A DNA stretch of 64,000 nt from Curvularia clavata (lineage: Eukaryota): NCBI GenBank assembly GCA_023920165.1, contig CP089281.1, positions 186,001 to 250,000 of the forward strand. Reading direction: 5' to 3'. Shown piece by piece: positions 37,583 to 50,572 of this stretch. Both the position numbers and the translations under genes were made by a program. How positions within the stretch are numbered: position 1 is the stretch's first letter; the number at the start of each line of letters is the position of its first letter. Below the pieces are notes generated by a model. It searched no databases. It worked only from the letters and a program-made list of their open reading frames with translations, and had not been told where the DNA came from.

Positions 37583-39366
37583 TGCGTGTTGGAAAGAGAT
37601 GAATCGGAGGTGCTCCGTTTCGTTGAGATGGTTCACACGCGTTGGAGAATACGTGGAACGACGCCGCGCTCGCAATGCTGCAGCACGAGGATCCATGACT
37701 AACACACATGGCTAACAGGAGAAGCAACATTCTTTGCCTTGAAGGAACTGACCTCTTCTCTCAATCTGGAAACGGTATACCCACACATCGGACGGCACAG
37801 CAGCACACTCTCCGAGTAGATCGCTACACTCGGCAAATGGGACAGATCTCTGGGTTGCGTTTCAGTTTGCTACAAGGGAACATTTTGTAATCTTCGCATA
37901 GCGTCCGCGAGAGGACGCCCTTCTTAGCATGCACGACCATAGCTATCACGGCCTTACACAGGGGTTTGTTTTTCTTTTATCATCTGTTTTTGCATTGCGG
38001 CGACATTGCTCCATCGGAGTAATCATTTCTTCTTATTTTATCTCGACGATTGGTTTGTGAATGTCCACAAAACTGAAAAAACTATAATACCCACGAAAAT
38101 TCAAGATTGATGAGCTAAGCGGCAGTCACATCCTGGTATCACAATAGAAACAATTTACTTAGTCTAGCTTTCTTCTGGAACTGGCTCTAGTGAAAGATAC
38201 TTTGCGTGCCCAAACATCGATAGAACTTCTATTAGTCCACTGATGAATTCACCATCATGCTCCCACAACAGCCCACAATATACGAAAGCGAAGACGCTCA
38301 AGACAGCCCTTACCCGCAAGCTCACTTCAATGTAAATGTCTTCTTCACGTTTGCTGAAATTTGAATCTTTTATGCTTCTCGTCTTCACAGCTCACAGCAA
38401 TTGTGTACCTTGGCAATACGGTTACCATGTGCATCATCCAAGGTCCCGACGATAAGAAGCCTCGGGATTGCAGAACTTCTGCGCAAACGCACTGTACAAC
38501 ACAACTGACGTAGCCTCTAAAGACACATCGCAATCCGCTAGCACGATTTCATTACCAGCCCCACGAAGAGCCGCACAGTGACCAGTAAGCATCGCATCTC
38601 CATCGAAAGACATCCTTTCTGTGAAGCCGACGAGAGCGTGCCCAGGCCCCTTGCGCGCAGCTAGTGTTCTTAGAAACAATTTCTGTTACCGAGATCCAAC
38701 TACTACGGGACCAAAGGCACACGCTGAGAATGCAGACGATGTGTTATATGCGAGCAAGAGAGCGATATTGTTCAGGGACACTCTGACAGCGGACCTGATG
38801 CGTCTCTAAGTGCGGATCGGACCGAGCCCGGACTAGCTCCAAGACGTGGGAACTGTGAGAGACGTAGTGTGCCACTCAACTACGGCAAAAACGACTCATC
38901 CGTCAGAGCAGCTAGTTAATTTAGCGGGTATCACCTCCGTTCTTCACGTGGTTTCACGATGTCAGAGTGGACGCTCGCCTGGATATCGTGCAGTGCTATC
39001 CTGACACACTTAGCCAGGAGGAAAGCCTCTTTTGCTTCCTAGCCAGGCGAGAATATCGCCAATCTCGAGATACTAGCACGGATTGGCCAGGAAGTAGTAA
39101 CATGGTGTGGGATCATGGCTTAGTGTTGACGCCAATCGAGGGGCTGCAGAATCGATTTAGGAGCACAGATGCCTATGTTGAGATTACGGACGTCATAAAA
39201 GCCACTAACGATAAGAAACTAGGTTCGATGCGCGTACCTCTTCTCAGGTGCTTTGAAAGAGCAAGAGATCGAGGTAGTGTAAGAGAGTAAGAAAATGATT
39301 CATAGAACAACATGTTACTCGACGGTGCATGAGGAATGCTAAAACAAGAATCTAAAAACCACCAGT

Positions 39367-40630
39367 TCAAGCCAACTCAAGCTCAATCAGCGAGTCGAGG
39401 CTGTTTGGATGCTTCCATATTCCCGTCATCTTCAAACCCGCACCTTCATACATTTTGCGATGTTCGTCCTCGGTCCGGTGTCGGGCTCCCAGACAATTCA
39501 TTAGCTCCCAATCGAGAGCGGCTTTTGCTTTGTTAGACCAAACGATTGCACTCGAGAAGAAAGAATGACTTACTTTGGGACCAATGCGCGCCCTGACTGG
39601 GTACCACATAGTCGTTGATAAGGACCTTTGAGTATCCTTTGGTCATTGCTGGAACAATGGCTTTCAATATATCTGTGTTGACCTGGTCATTCCAGTCCTG
39701 GATGATGGAATGTAGGTAGTATGCCCGTGCACCTTTTACCGGTTGCTCAGTCATGAAATCGTGGGCCATTTTTTCTGCACCCGGGCCGAGTTTTGCAAGT
39801 TGGACAATCTCGGGGCGGTCTTGTAGTACTAATGGCCCAGGCAGTTTTTCCTCGAATGCTACTCTTAAGCCTTCAATATCGTGTCCTGAGCCACCGCCGA
39901 CATCGACTAGGAAGGCCGCGTCCTTGTTGGCTCCCTGGATCAACCGCTCTTCGACGGGATAGTATTCCTTTTGGAACCAACGTGGTCGACCTTTACTCCA
40001 AGAGTCCATCATGCTGGCAAAGCGGCGTCCCATTTCGGGCTTCTGCTCGAAATACTCAAAGTAATGATGGCCCTTGCAGTTGTAGTGATGTTGGAACGGG
40101 GCGTCGAGGCCCGAATCAGGGCATTTCCAGCCGTGCTCCTCAAACCACGGCTTGGAAGCACTGTGCACAGGATTGAAGTTCTCACCAATGTAGAGTATCG
40201 AGTCCTGGTACGAGGGCTCGGCAAATGCAGATGAAGTAGGCGTATTGGCAAACGTGCTTGGGCCTGTTTCACGGACAATGTGGACAGCAGCGAGATGGCG
40301 CAGCATACGGCCGACTATGACCGGGTCTACCTGCTTGTCGCACTTTGCAGCGATTTGGTCAATGGTAGCGCCCGTCTCTGGAATGCCTTGCATAGCCTGG
40401 AACAGTTTGACTTCGGCCGCCATCCACAGGACATTGAGATTGGCGGGCTGAGCCCACAGCAGCTCGAGCATGTTCTCCGAGGGGTGGCTTATTTCAGCAA
40501 CGAGACTCCTGCAAGCGTCGAGTAGGCCTTCCCTGGCCCCAGGGCTCCCGTTCTTGAAAGCATCGCTAAGGGAGGCGACGTTGTCGAGGAGCGTAAGCGC
40601 GGCCTTTGTCGGCGTGGGATCGGCGGCCAT
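39367..40630 (-). CDS. SAM-dependent O-methyltransferase (Methyltransf_2, OmtA/AflP-like)
   Basis: LVDVGGGSGHD, LQDRPE, HDFMTEQPVKGARAYYLHSIIQDWND. Intron 39573..39522 gives the last exon ALDWELM..GARHRTE..LIELELA*. Confidence 0.92.
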
Positions 40631-40983
40631 GATAAAGTTTGGAGGCGGTGCAGCGGATGACGATTATTGGAAAGGAGGGAACGCCCGTTCACAGTGTGCA
40701 ACGAGAGTCCTCGGGGTTGGGTCTCGAGCTGGCCCCTCAGAGGCGGACGAATGTGGGCCGAGAGGGCGGCATAGTACGTAGCGGGATGCAGGCGAAGGCG
40801 AGCATGCACCAACGCCGTCATGATCCTGGACAACTTTTACCACCATGGCCTCCTCGCACGCTTCACCTGCCGCTACCGCCGTGTCACACATTCAGCCTCT
40901 CCACCAGCCGCCTGGCTAGACCCTGCTCGACCCGTTTTTGTCATCCAGATTGCCTATTTCGAGTGTGGCCCGCTGTTAGAACC

Positions 40984-42182
40984 ATGTCGACGCATCCCCC
41001 TCACGATCTCGAGGCGCAGATGCCGCCTCCACCCGCGGATGCTGTGCGCGCCTCTGCCTCGGCGCCATCCGCGGCTGTAGACTCTGGCATCGATGCTGGC
41101 TCGTCGTCGGAGTTTGACCAGGAGAACAGTGGCAGCCATGCGCTCATCGCTCAGGACGACACGAGCGAGGCGTCGACCGATGAAGGGTAAATTGTCGCAG
41201 AGAGAATGACGCTGCATCGCATTGTTAACCCTGTATGCGCAGCTATGCAGACTCTGATACATCGTCGTTCCTGTCATCCATCCTCTCAGAAGTCCGCCGC
41301 GGCGTGGAAATCGAAGGTCGCCTCTATCCCAGCTACGGCAAGCATGAGTATGGCATGCCGATCGACGAAAAAGAGATGGATCGCAACGATCTGCAACACC
41401 ACAAGTACACGCTATTGTTGCGCGACCGCCTCTTTGTCGCGCCCATCCCGGAGTCCACGTTTGAAGATGCAAATTGCCGCGTGCTCGACTTGGGCACTGG
41501 AACCGGTATCTGGGCCATTGACATGGCGGACAAGTACCCCAACACCGAGGTGCTCGGCGTAGATATCGCAGCCACACAGCCAGCCTTTGTCCCGCCAAAC
41601 TGCATCTTTGAGATTGACGACGTCGAAGAGGACTGGCCGTACCGTGCTTCACATTTTGATTTTATACATGGCCGTGACCTTATGACGGCAATCCGTGACT
41701 GGCCCCGGCTGATTGCGCAGGCCTACAGACACCTTAAGCCAGGCGGTTGGATCCAGCTCGCCAGTACCATCCCTGGCGCCCTCAGCGACGACAACAGCAT
41801 ACCGGAGAATAGCGGGTACATAGAGTCGGCGCGTCTGTATTTTGAGATTGCCGAGAAGATGGGTGCACCGCTTGATGCACCGCGCAGCTGGAATGCTCAG
41901 ATGAAGGAAGCAGGGTTCGTTAATGTCCAAGATGAGGTTTTCAAACTGCCCATGGGCACATGGCCGCGGTCAAAAAGGCTGCGAACAGTTGGTAAGCTGG
42001 AGCAGATTATGATTCTCGAAGGCGGGTTTGAGGCGTACATGCTCCGGGGGTATACGCAGGTCTTGGGAGGAAAGGCCGAGGATTTACAGATTATCCTCGC
42101 GTTGGCGAAACGGGAAGTGCGGGACCCGTCTATCCATACATATGTTCAGTTCCACATTACCTATGGGCAGAAGCCCCAGTAA
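40984..42182 (+). CDS. LaeA-like/TAM-domain SAM-dependent methyltransferase
   Basis: GRLYPSYG..Y.MPIDEKEMDRNDLQH, VLDLGTGTGIWAIDMAD, VPPNCIFEIDD, LKPGGWIQ, YGQKP. Intron 41187..41242. Confidence 0.92.
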
Positions 42183-42756
42183 TCGTATGCAAGGGATGGA
42201 AACGACGAGCCTCAATGGATACAGTCCTGCAGTGAGCAGGCTAACGCTAATCCAAACCACGTTAGACTCCTGTCCACGAGTATGTCCGAAAGCTCCCCGC
42301 TGCTGACAAACTTACCATCCAAAGGACACAACACAAGAGACAGCTCGCGCTGCCCTATCCACAACTTGCCCTGCTTACCCGGAGTACACCTACATCGTCT
42401 GCCATTTTCCGCACTCACCGATTCATACTGTCTTTCGCACGTCCGGACTTCCATAAAGCCGACATTCGCGGCAACTGCACACTACTGTCGACTTTGCACA
42501 TATCTGGTGCTTTCTCATCATCAACCAAATAGTACAGCAGCCCGTCTTTATTTCTTCGAAATATCTATTTGTTCTACAATCTGCATTGAAATCCCAGATC
42601 CCCTGGGTGATTCAACGACGCCAAGTAGACTCGCGCTCAATTGAGGCAGTTTCTCCGGATTAGGCAGGGCACACGTAGAGCACCCTGTTGGAGACGGCCA
42701 GTGTCTGACAAACTCGCTCATCTTCTAGGCCTTGTATTGCGTGAGCGCCAGAAACG

Positions 42757-43628
42757 ATGCGGGGCACATTGAGGTCGACGCTGTCGAGCGTTCTTCTCTT
42801 CCTCTCCTCCGTCTCTCCAGCCGTTGCTTCGGAACAACAGCCTTTTGAGTTTGGCGAAATGTCTGCACCACAGTACACGCTTCCACCGCTTCCATATGCG
42901 TACAATGTCAGTATTGCTATTGGTCATCCCTCAGCCCCGCACATGTCATACTCATCGTTTCCCAGGCATTGGAGCCGCACATCTCGGCTCAGATCATGGA
43001 ACTACATCACAGCAAGCACCACCAGACATACATTACCAACCTGAATGCTCTGCTCAAGACTCAGGCTGAAGCAGTCTCGGCACTCGACATTCCCTCGCAG
43101 GTCGCGGTGCAGCAGGGCATCAAATTCAACGCTGGAGGCCATATTAACCACTCCCTCTTCTGGCAAAACCTTGCTCCAGCCAGTTCGAGCGAGGCCAAGA
43201 GCGCTGCTGCTCCCGAACTCGTCAAGCGCATCAAGGCGACCTGGGGTGATGAAGACAAGTTCAAGGAGGCTTTCAACGCTGCGCTGCTTGGCATCCAGGG
43301 CAGTGGCTGGGGCTGGCTCGTCAAGACCGAGGTGGGCAAGGAGCAGAGACTGTCCATTGTGACTACCAAGGACCAGGACCCGGTGGTGGGCAAGGGCGAG
43401 ACTCCCATTTTCGGCGTCGACATGGTATGTTACATGACACTTAACGACGATCAATGTGTGAATGCGACTGACTTTGCAAAGTGGGAGCATGCATACTATC
43501 TGCAGTACCAGAACGGCAAGGCTGCCTATGTCCAGAACATCTGGAATGTGATCAACTGGAAGACGGCCGAGGAGCGATACTTGGGATCGCGCGCGGATGC
43601 ATTCAGCGTGCTCAAAGCGTCTATGTAA
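42757..43628 (+). CDS. Manganese superoxide dismutase (alternative in-frame start at 42859)
   Basis: YTLPPLPYAYNALEPHIS..MELHHSKHHQTY, FNAGGHINHSLFW, QGSGWGWL, DMWEHAYYLQY after removing introns 42907..42966 and 43425..43481. Confidence 0.96.
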
Positions 43629-43961
43629 ATCTGCAGCTTTGATCCAGTAGCGAGTATCATGAAATAGAGGAATGAATGGTTGACATGCACAGCGCCATCT
43701 CCGATCGCGATGTGGGCTGAGCACCGTGGTGGATGCTCGGTCCAATCGGGTACTCCCGAACAACTTGCTCAAAGACACTCATTCACCTCAACATCTGAAA
43801 CAAGCAACAAGACGTGTAGATGAATTATCGGATTCTTAAAAAACCTGACATTCCTGTCTTTCTCTTACTTTTTATCTTTTGAAAAAAAAAAATCCAGCAT
43901 TTTGCCTCATCCACCCGCCTCTCGCATTATCTTCATAGTCGCAGCATACACTCAGCCAAAC

Positions 43962-44505
43962 ATGTGCAACGGCGCATCCACCCGCACCACCCAAGGCGGC
44001 TCCATTGCTGTTCTGCACCCCATCCATCCCCCTCAGCGCATACCCTCTTCGTCTTCTATCTCTTCCAGCTCTTGCAGCTCATCAGACGACGAAGACCAGC
44101 AACCACAAGCCAATGAAATCCTCGTCTTCTTCTCAAACACTCTCTCTAAAACATCAGGCACCAATGTTGAAGTGCATGGTCTACACGAGCAACTAAAGCA
44201 ACAAGACGGATATATCGTAATACAGTAAGTTTTTTCTTGTCATCATCCACATGGATATCCTCAATGTAAGTGCAAAATTTAACAAATACAGTCGCGACGG
44301 CGATCTCTCTTCTCCAACTTGCACACCAGCATCACAAGATACCACTGCGCTCTGCTCATTCGCAATACAACGACATGCACGTAGCTGGGCTTTGGAGCGT
44401 AAATTGGACCTCGGTGTTGGCGACACTGGCATCATTGGGAGGAGAGTCTCGGTTGTTACGGCGACGAGAGAAATGCTTGCGCAGGGCATTGTTGGATGGA
44501 ATTAG
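43962..44505 (+). CDS. Small Cu/Zn-SOD-fold-like protein lacking most metal ligands
   Basis: Intron 44225..44291 yields YIVIHRDGDLSSPTC...LDLGVGDTGIIGRRVSVV...LAQGIVGWN, which parallels the SOD1/CCS motifs HIHEFGD, IIGRSVVV and LACGVIG. Confidence 0.6.
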
Positions 44506-44888
44506 GCATGGTTCCTGCGTGCTCGTAGCATTCTAGGGCATTGGATGGCGTTTATCTGGCATTTCTTGATACGTTACTAGGTGCATTTGGTTAACTCGGA
44601 GGTTTGATTATTTGTAGAATGCGTTCGCAATATTCGAGATGCTATTCTATTCTTATCCAAGAAGCGTTATATCGTTCCGCTAGTGTATATTTACTATGGT
44701 GACGTAGTTCATCGTCACGTGCTCGCCAAGGATTTGGTTCTTCAGCAAATCTCCGACTAACTAGACGGTGAGGTAGTATGTAAGCGAGCAGGTCCAAATC
44801 ACCGCATGAGGATACAGTTTTAGGTATCCGACAAAGTACACTGTTACTTTAATGAACACCGTCTCATACACGCCCATTCGTATCCTGC

Positions 44889-46777
44889 ATGATCATGGAA
44901 GGCAGCACTTCTGGCAATGCGCCATCCCTGCCTTACCGTGAGCCAGACATCATCACAATCCTTGTTCAGGCCTCCTTCCTCCTTCTGCTTAATATCATTA
45001 ACTCTGTGCTTGATAGAGTACTTTATTGTGGACTGCTGGGCCAAGTCCTAGTCGGCATTGCGTGGGGAACTCCAGGCACAAAATTGTTGTCAACGACTAC
45101 GGAAGAAGCCATCGTACAATTAGGCTATCTTGGCTTGATACTACTAGTTTTTGAAGGTTTGCATTATGCTTCTTTCCTTTCCGCTGCTATATTCAGAAGA
45201 TATCGTTTGATGAGTGCCGGACGAATGTCCCGTCGCAGAGCTGCCTGGAAAAGCTTCATGATAAATACTAACTCGTTCCCGCAGGTGGGCTTTCAACATC
45301 ATTTCAGTCTCTAAAAGCCAATCTCCTTCTCTCATCTGGTGTCGCACTCACGGGAATCGCTATCCCGATAGGCCTATCATATACCCTACAGGGCCTTCTC
45401 CATGCGACCCCATTGCAAGCTTTTGCTGCAGGAGCAGCGCTGTGCTCGACTAGTCTTGGCACAACCTTCACCGTGCTAGCATCCAGTGGCCTCTCTGCGT
45501 CTCGTTTAGGCGTCGTCTTGACGAGCGCAGCCATGATGGACGATGTTGTCGGACTGGTCATGGTGCAGGTCATTTCCAACCTTGGTGGCACGAACTTCAG
45601 TTGGGTCGTCATCGTGCGCCCAGTTCTGGTTTCTGTGGCTTTCGCACTGGTGGTACCAGTGGCTTGCTTGTTCATTGCAAAGCCAATCACATTACGTATC
45701 AACCGGTACCGAGAAGCTCATCGGAACAAGGATATGGATGGTCTTTTGAGTAAGCCACAGACAGCGTTCCTACTGCACACCCTACTTTTGGTTGGTTTGG
45801 TTGCCGCCGCAACGTATGCTGGGACCTCTAATCTGTTCGCGGCGTATATTGCAGGCGCGAGCATCAGTTGGTGGGATTCTGAAGTCCCGCATCTAGTTGT
45901 CAAGGGGGCGTCTTCTGAGACTCAAATTGTGGGCGAAAAGAGCAGCACGCCTACTGGACCTTTGCAAGAGCGATCAAATGATGAACCTGGCTCCAGCAGC
46001 GCTGAAAACTCCACTCAAGCTACACCAAACAACCAAACTGAGGAGAATGCCAACGAGCCTACTGAAACACGACTTTTGGGCACACCGAGTAGCTATGACC
46101 AGGACACGTCTGGGTCTGCAACATATCATCGATACTACCACCCCGCAGTTTCGAAAATACTGCAACCTCTATTCTTCGCATCTATTGGCTTCTCTATACC
46201 AATCACTCGGATGTTCCGAGGTGCGATTGTATGGCGAGGTCTAGTCTACACAATCCTTATGTTACTAGGCAAAGTCGCCTGCGGAGCATGGCTAGTAAGA
46301 TTTTCCATTGAGCCAGGGAAAAGCAAAATGAGTCGAATGCTGGCGAGATTGAAATTGCCGTTCATTCCACATTTGTGGTCGTCACACACTACCGCACAAA
46401 AGACTGACCGGCCGAGGCCTAGTAGCTCGAGGGAAACTCCAGCGAATTCATCAGCGCATTGTTCGCCAAACCCACCAAAACCATTTTCCCTGCATCCGCC
46501 AATAATCCTTGCCCTCGCAATGTGTGCGCGAGGCGAGATAGGGTTTCTCATTTCTGGGGTCGCGGAGTCCAAGGGAATATTTTCTTCGCAAGACGACGCT
46601 TCGTCCGACTCATCGGATATTTTTCTTGTGGTGACATGGGCTATTGTTCTTTGTACTATCATTGGTCCACTGGGTGTTGGTATAGCAGTCCGAAGAGTGA
46701 AGACATTGGAGGAGCGGAGGAACCGGCAGCAGGAAGGGAGTGGAAGGGACGTGCTTGGTGTTTGGGGTGTACAATAA
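44889..46777 (+). CDS. Cation/H+ antiporter (Na_H_Exchanger, CPA2-like)
   Basis: Many TM helices; LGYLGLILLVFEGGL across intron 45157..45284, CSTSLGTTF, AAMMDDVVGL, LQPLFFASIGF, AMCARGEIGF. Confidence 0.9.
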
Positions 46778-47443
46778 GAGACGGATCGTGGAGAATGTGA
46801 TGATGGGATCTAATCAAACTATAAATTTTGGATCAGAACTATAAATTATGCACAATTATGGAAAGTTGGGGCATAAGATGACAAGGTGAACCTGATTGGA
46901 TACTACAAGAAGCATCTATCTTGTGATCGAGGCGATTGAGTTGAACAACATCCAATGCAGAGTCGATCGAGACGGTCCATTCTGGCAGAGATAAGGAGGA
47001 GTTCACTCTCCCTTCGAAGTCTACAACATTGACAATTGTTCCAACGCTGTCTAAGCTATCAAAACCTACATCTCATCGTCATGAAGGAATGCGGTACGAA
47101 GTCGTCCGACAAGACCCTGTTATCCCCGCTCTTGGCATGTGGGGCTCATAGTAGGGCAGTCGAACCTCGTGCGTCTAAGGACGATGCGATAACGGTCTTT
47201 ATCAGTAGACTCATGCAATTCCATCTACACCATCCGACTTTAAGAAGGTGCCAAGAGGTTATATGCATGATGTCATCCTTGATGCTTGTAGGACAGCGAT
47301 TACTCGTTCGTCGGCGATTTGGCAGGGGGATATCGCTCGCACGTAAGCCGGAGAGGTAACAGGATGATGACAAGAAAAGTATAAAGCTTAGTTCTGAGTG
47401 TCAAAGCATCTAAACACTAGGAGATCTTGGTTGGAAGGTCGCA

Positions 47444-48681
47444 ATGCGGTTTCTCAATGCAGCCTCTGTAGCTGCTCTCAGCGTTGTCGCAAGCAACATA
47501 CTATCAACAGCTGAACCCATCCAATCTCGCCAGCCGACTACATCCAGTGAACGCCTCGGTCTAACCTGGCTGGGTGGAAATAGCAGTCTACCCAAAGTTC
47601 TGTGTGTGACCTCAAGTTTGTAACTGCCAACACTACCATCTAACGCAACCACAGCATTCTCTACACTGGCGGAACCATAGCCGGAGGATCCATCTACGGC
47701 GCCTTGGATGATACACAATATGGGCAACTCAGCCAGACTGGAGAACAAATTATTGCCCGAAACCCTTATCTGCTCAATCACACTCAACTCGCTGTGTCGA
47801 ACTGGACAACCGAGGATGACGGCTCCACTGGTACGAACGATGCCTTGGTCATGAATATGACGCGCTTCACACACGACGCATTGTGCTCGCCCGACAGTGA
47901 TATTGTCGGTGCTGTATACACACACGGAACAAATTCCCTAGAGGAAACTGCCTTCCTCCTCGATAGCCTAGTTAACTGCGAGAAGCCGGTAGTCGGAACA
48001 GGCAGCATGCGGCCATTCACACACCTGTCGTACGAAGGTGATGCGAACTTCTTTGACGCCGTCATGCTGGCTGCCAGTCCAGCCTCACGTAACCGAGGCG
48101 GAATGGTAGCCTTCAACGCGCGGATTATCCCAGGGTACTGGGCTACGAAGCTGTACTCGACGAATCCGGATGCGTTTGGTGCGAATACAGGGGGTGATTT
48201 GGGACTGTTCATTAACAGTTTGCCGGTCTTTTACAACTCGCCCAGTCAGCCGCTTTTCAAGCATTTCTTCGACATTGACGCTGTATCGGCGCATTCGTCG
48301 TTTCCTGCACTGCCCAAAGTCGATATCCTATATGCGGCGCGCGAGTTCGATGGAAGGCTTTTGCTCAACGCCCAGGCTAATGGGGCAAAAGGCGTCGTGA
48401 TTGCAGGAACGGGCAATGGCGGTATACCAAACGGCCAAGAAGAAGTTGCAGAGGCGTTGGAAAAAGGATTACAGGTTGTGGTTGGTACGAGGACTCCATT
48501 CGGACCCTCCAGTCCGGCGCGCGAACCGACATATGCGAAAGCGGGCTTCGCGCACCCTATCCAGGCACGCATCATGCTGCAGTTGGCAATTGCGAGTGGA
48601 ATGGGGATGAATGAGACGATTGAGATGTTTGAGGGGGGATTTAGGAGGGCGATTGGACAGCCTTGGGAGCCGGAAACGTGA
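47444..48681 (+). CDS. Secreted L-asparaginase/glutaminase-family protein
   Basis: Signal peptide; intron 47602..47654 gives ILYTGGTIAG. Motifs HGTNSLEETAF, KPVVGTGSMRP, GAKGVVIAGTGNG, QARIMLQLA. Confidence 0.9.
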
Positions 48682-48898
48682 AGATAGCTGTGAACATGGC
48701 CCATAAGATGTAGCTATGGGGCTGATGCACCATTCACGCACGAATGCCTACTTATGGTTCATCTGTATCATTGTTGAGGCTGAACGGTAAGTCTCTACCA
48801 GAGCTTTGGGTGAAATCTATGTGCGCCTCGTTCTTTCCGCATTTTCCATCTACGATATATCCGTAGCCACCAAACTCCTCTCACAATCTGACCTCCGT

Positions 48899-49926
48899 CT
48901 ACTCCAAATCGACATCATTTTCCATCGTTCTTTCAGCCTCTCCGTGCGCTTGGAAAAATGTATATGTCTTCCCAATCTCACTCAGTCCTCTGTTGCCATC
49001 AACAAGAAAACCCTCTCCGGGCGTAGCCATGAAATACGCGTAGCGATGAATGTCCGCACTGTTGTCCACCCAAGGCATCACTTCCTCTAGAAAACGCTTG
49101 ATCTGCTCATTGGTACCCTCGGGCTTGAACTCTGTGATCCAGATAGGCCGCCCTTTCGCGATTTTCCGGACGGCATTCATGTGGGATTTGAATGCTTGGG
49201 CGGAGGGAGCGCCGTACCTATCGAGTCAGCACAGGTAGAGAGGGGTAATGTTAGTCAAAGACATACCCGTGGATGTTGATGAAGTCTACACTGCATCCAG
49301 TACACAGCTGCAGGAACTTTGCCAGCCAGCCCAAACCAGTGGTGTCTGATGGAGCAGCATTGGTGACAGCAGGGGAGCCAAGGTAGATGTTTTTGTTCAA
49401 GGAAGAGAGTGGCTGCATATGTTTCTTCCATCCGGCGACGGCAGTGGGGACGTCGATGCAGCTGCCACCTGCGCCAGGCCTGTACTGTTGTTATCATCCA
49501 GGATATCGCTTTTCTTGTGCTTCCTCAGAGCTCTGGAGATATTTACGTGCACATATCAGGCTCATTGAACCCTAGGAACCAAGTCGCCTTGCCGCCCTCA
49601 TTGTAATTCTTTCGCGCCAGTGCTTCCGCATTCCCTCGCCATCGGCTTGTATGGTCATCCCGTACTGAGTGTAGCATCGGTACGAAGCCGAACCAGCTTG
49701 TCGACGGCAACGACGAGGAGTCCCAGTTGTAACGCCAGGTAACCTGTGAGCCGGGCTTATCGAAGAGAGAAACAAGGCTGACGTCGTTGTACGAGACACC
49801 ACGGCGCTCGTGAGCAGGGATTTGGGGGGGCGAGCGCGCAGCGAGATTGGCATGATCGTTCATGAGGGGATGAGCGTTGGCACAAAAGATTTTCACGAGG
49901 AAAAGCAGAAAGTAGACGGTATGCAT
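48899..49926 (-). CDS. Glycoside hydrolase family 128 (beta-1,3-glucanase-like), secreted
   Basis: RRGVSYN, WRYNW, FVPML, LGFNEPD (acid/base Glu), LGSPAVTN, PIWITEF (nucleophile Glu), RYAYF. Two introns restore the frame. Start could be 49935 or 49962. Confidence 0.88.
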
Positions 49927-50572
49927 CTCAAGCATCTGACAGAAGATACGGTAGATAAACATTTTTGGGGTTGATGAGAGGTGAGGAGACTGGCCTTGGA
50001 TGGCGGAGAAAGTTGAAATGTGGGTGTTTATGTAAACGGAAAGAATAGAAAGGTCACGACATTTTACTCATGACACTGCCACTAAGTAGATTATGGAGCG
50101 GGCTAATTTGACACAGTAAAAGCAAACGCGCGGAGTAGCGGTCACGTACTGAAAATCCTTTAAGACGTCACTTTCACTTCCGCACTAGATCCCTAACACC
50201 CCCAAGGAAGCAACATTGAACGCACTAGCTTACTCAGATTTCTCTGAAGTATATGCAGCAATGATAATTTCGACTCTAAACAATCAAGAGTCCTTGGAAT
50301 ATATATTCGGAGCCTTTACATAACATTCTTCAGGATACATCCCATCGGCTATTAGGAAATCTTGTATCCAAGAATCCCAAAAAAAAACATAGAGTAGTTA
50401 AGATCCTAATCAAACTGGGAAGCCTTGACTTTCGCATTCTGTGCGCGGGAGTTCTATGCTGTGTTGGGATGGTGTGTTACTCCAGTGAAAGGGGGTATGC
50501 GTTGGGACGGCCACAACTTCAGGTAAAAAAAAAAACCCCCCAGGAAAAGCTCTAGAACAGAGCAAAAAAGGT

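Noticed and set aside
38160..39290. Possible decayed gene (tail LVLTPIEGLQNRFR resembles HET-protein C-termini)
   Set aside because: No core HET motifs are recoverable and the frames are broken.
43002..43778. 258-aa antisense ORF over MnSOD (similar shadows over other genes)
   Set aside because: Explained by GC3-rich codon bias on the coding strand.
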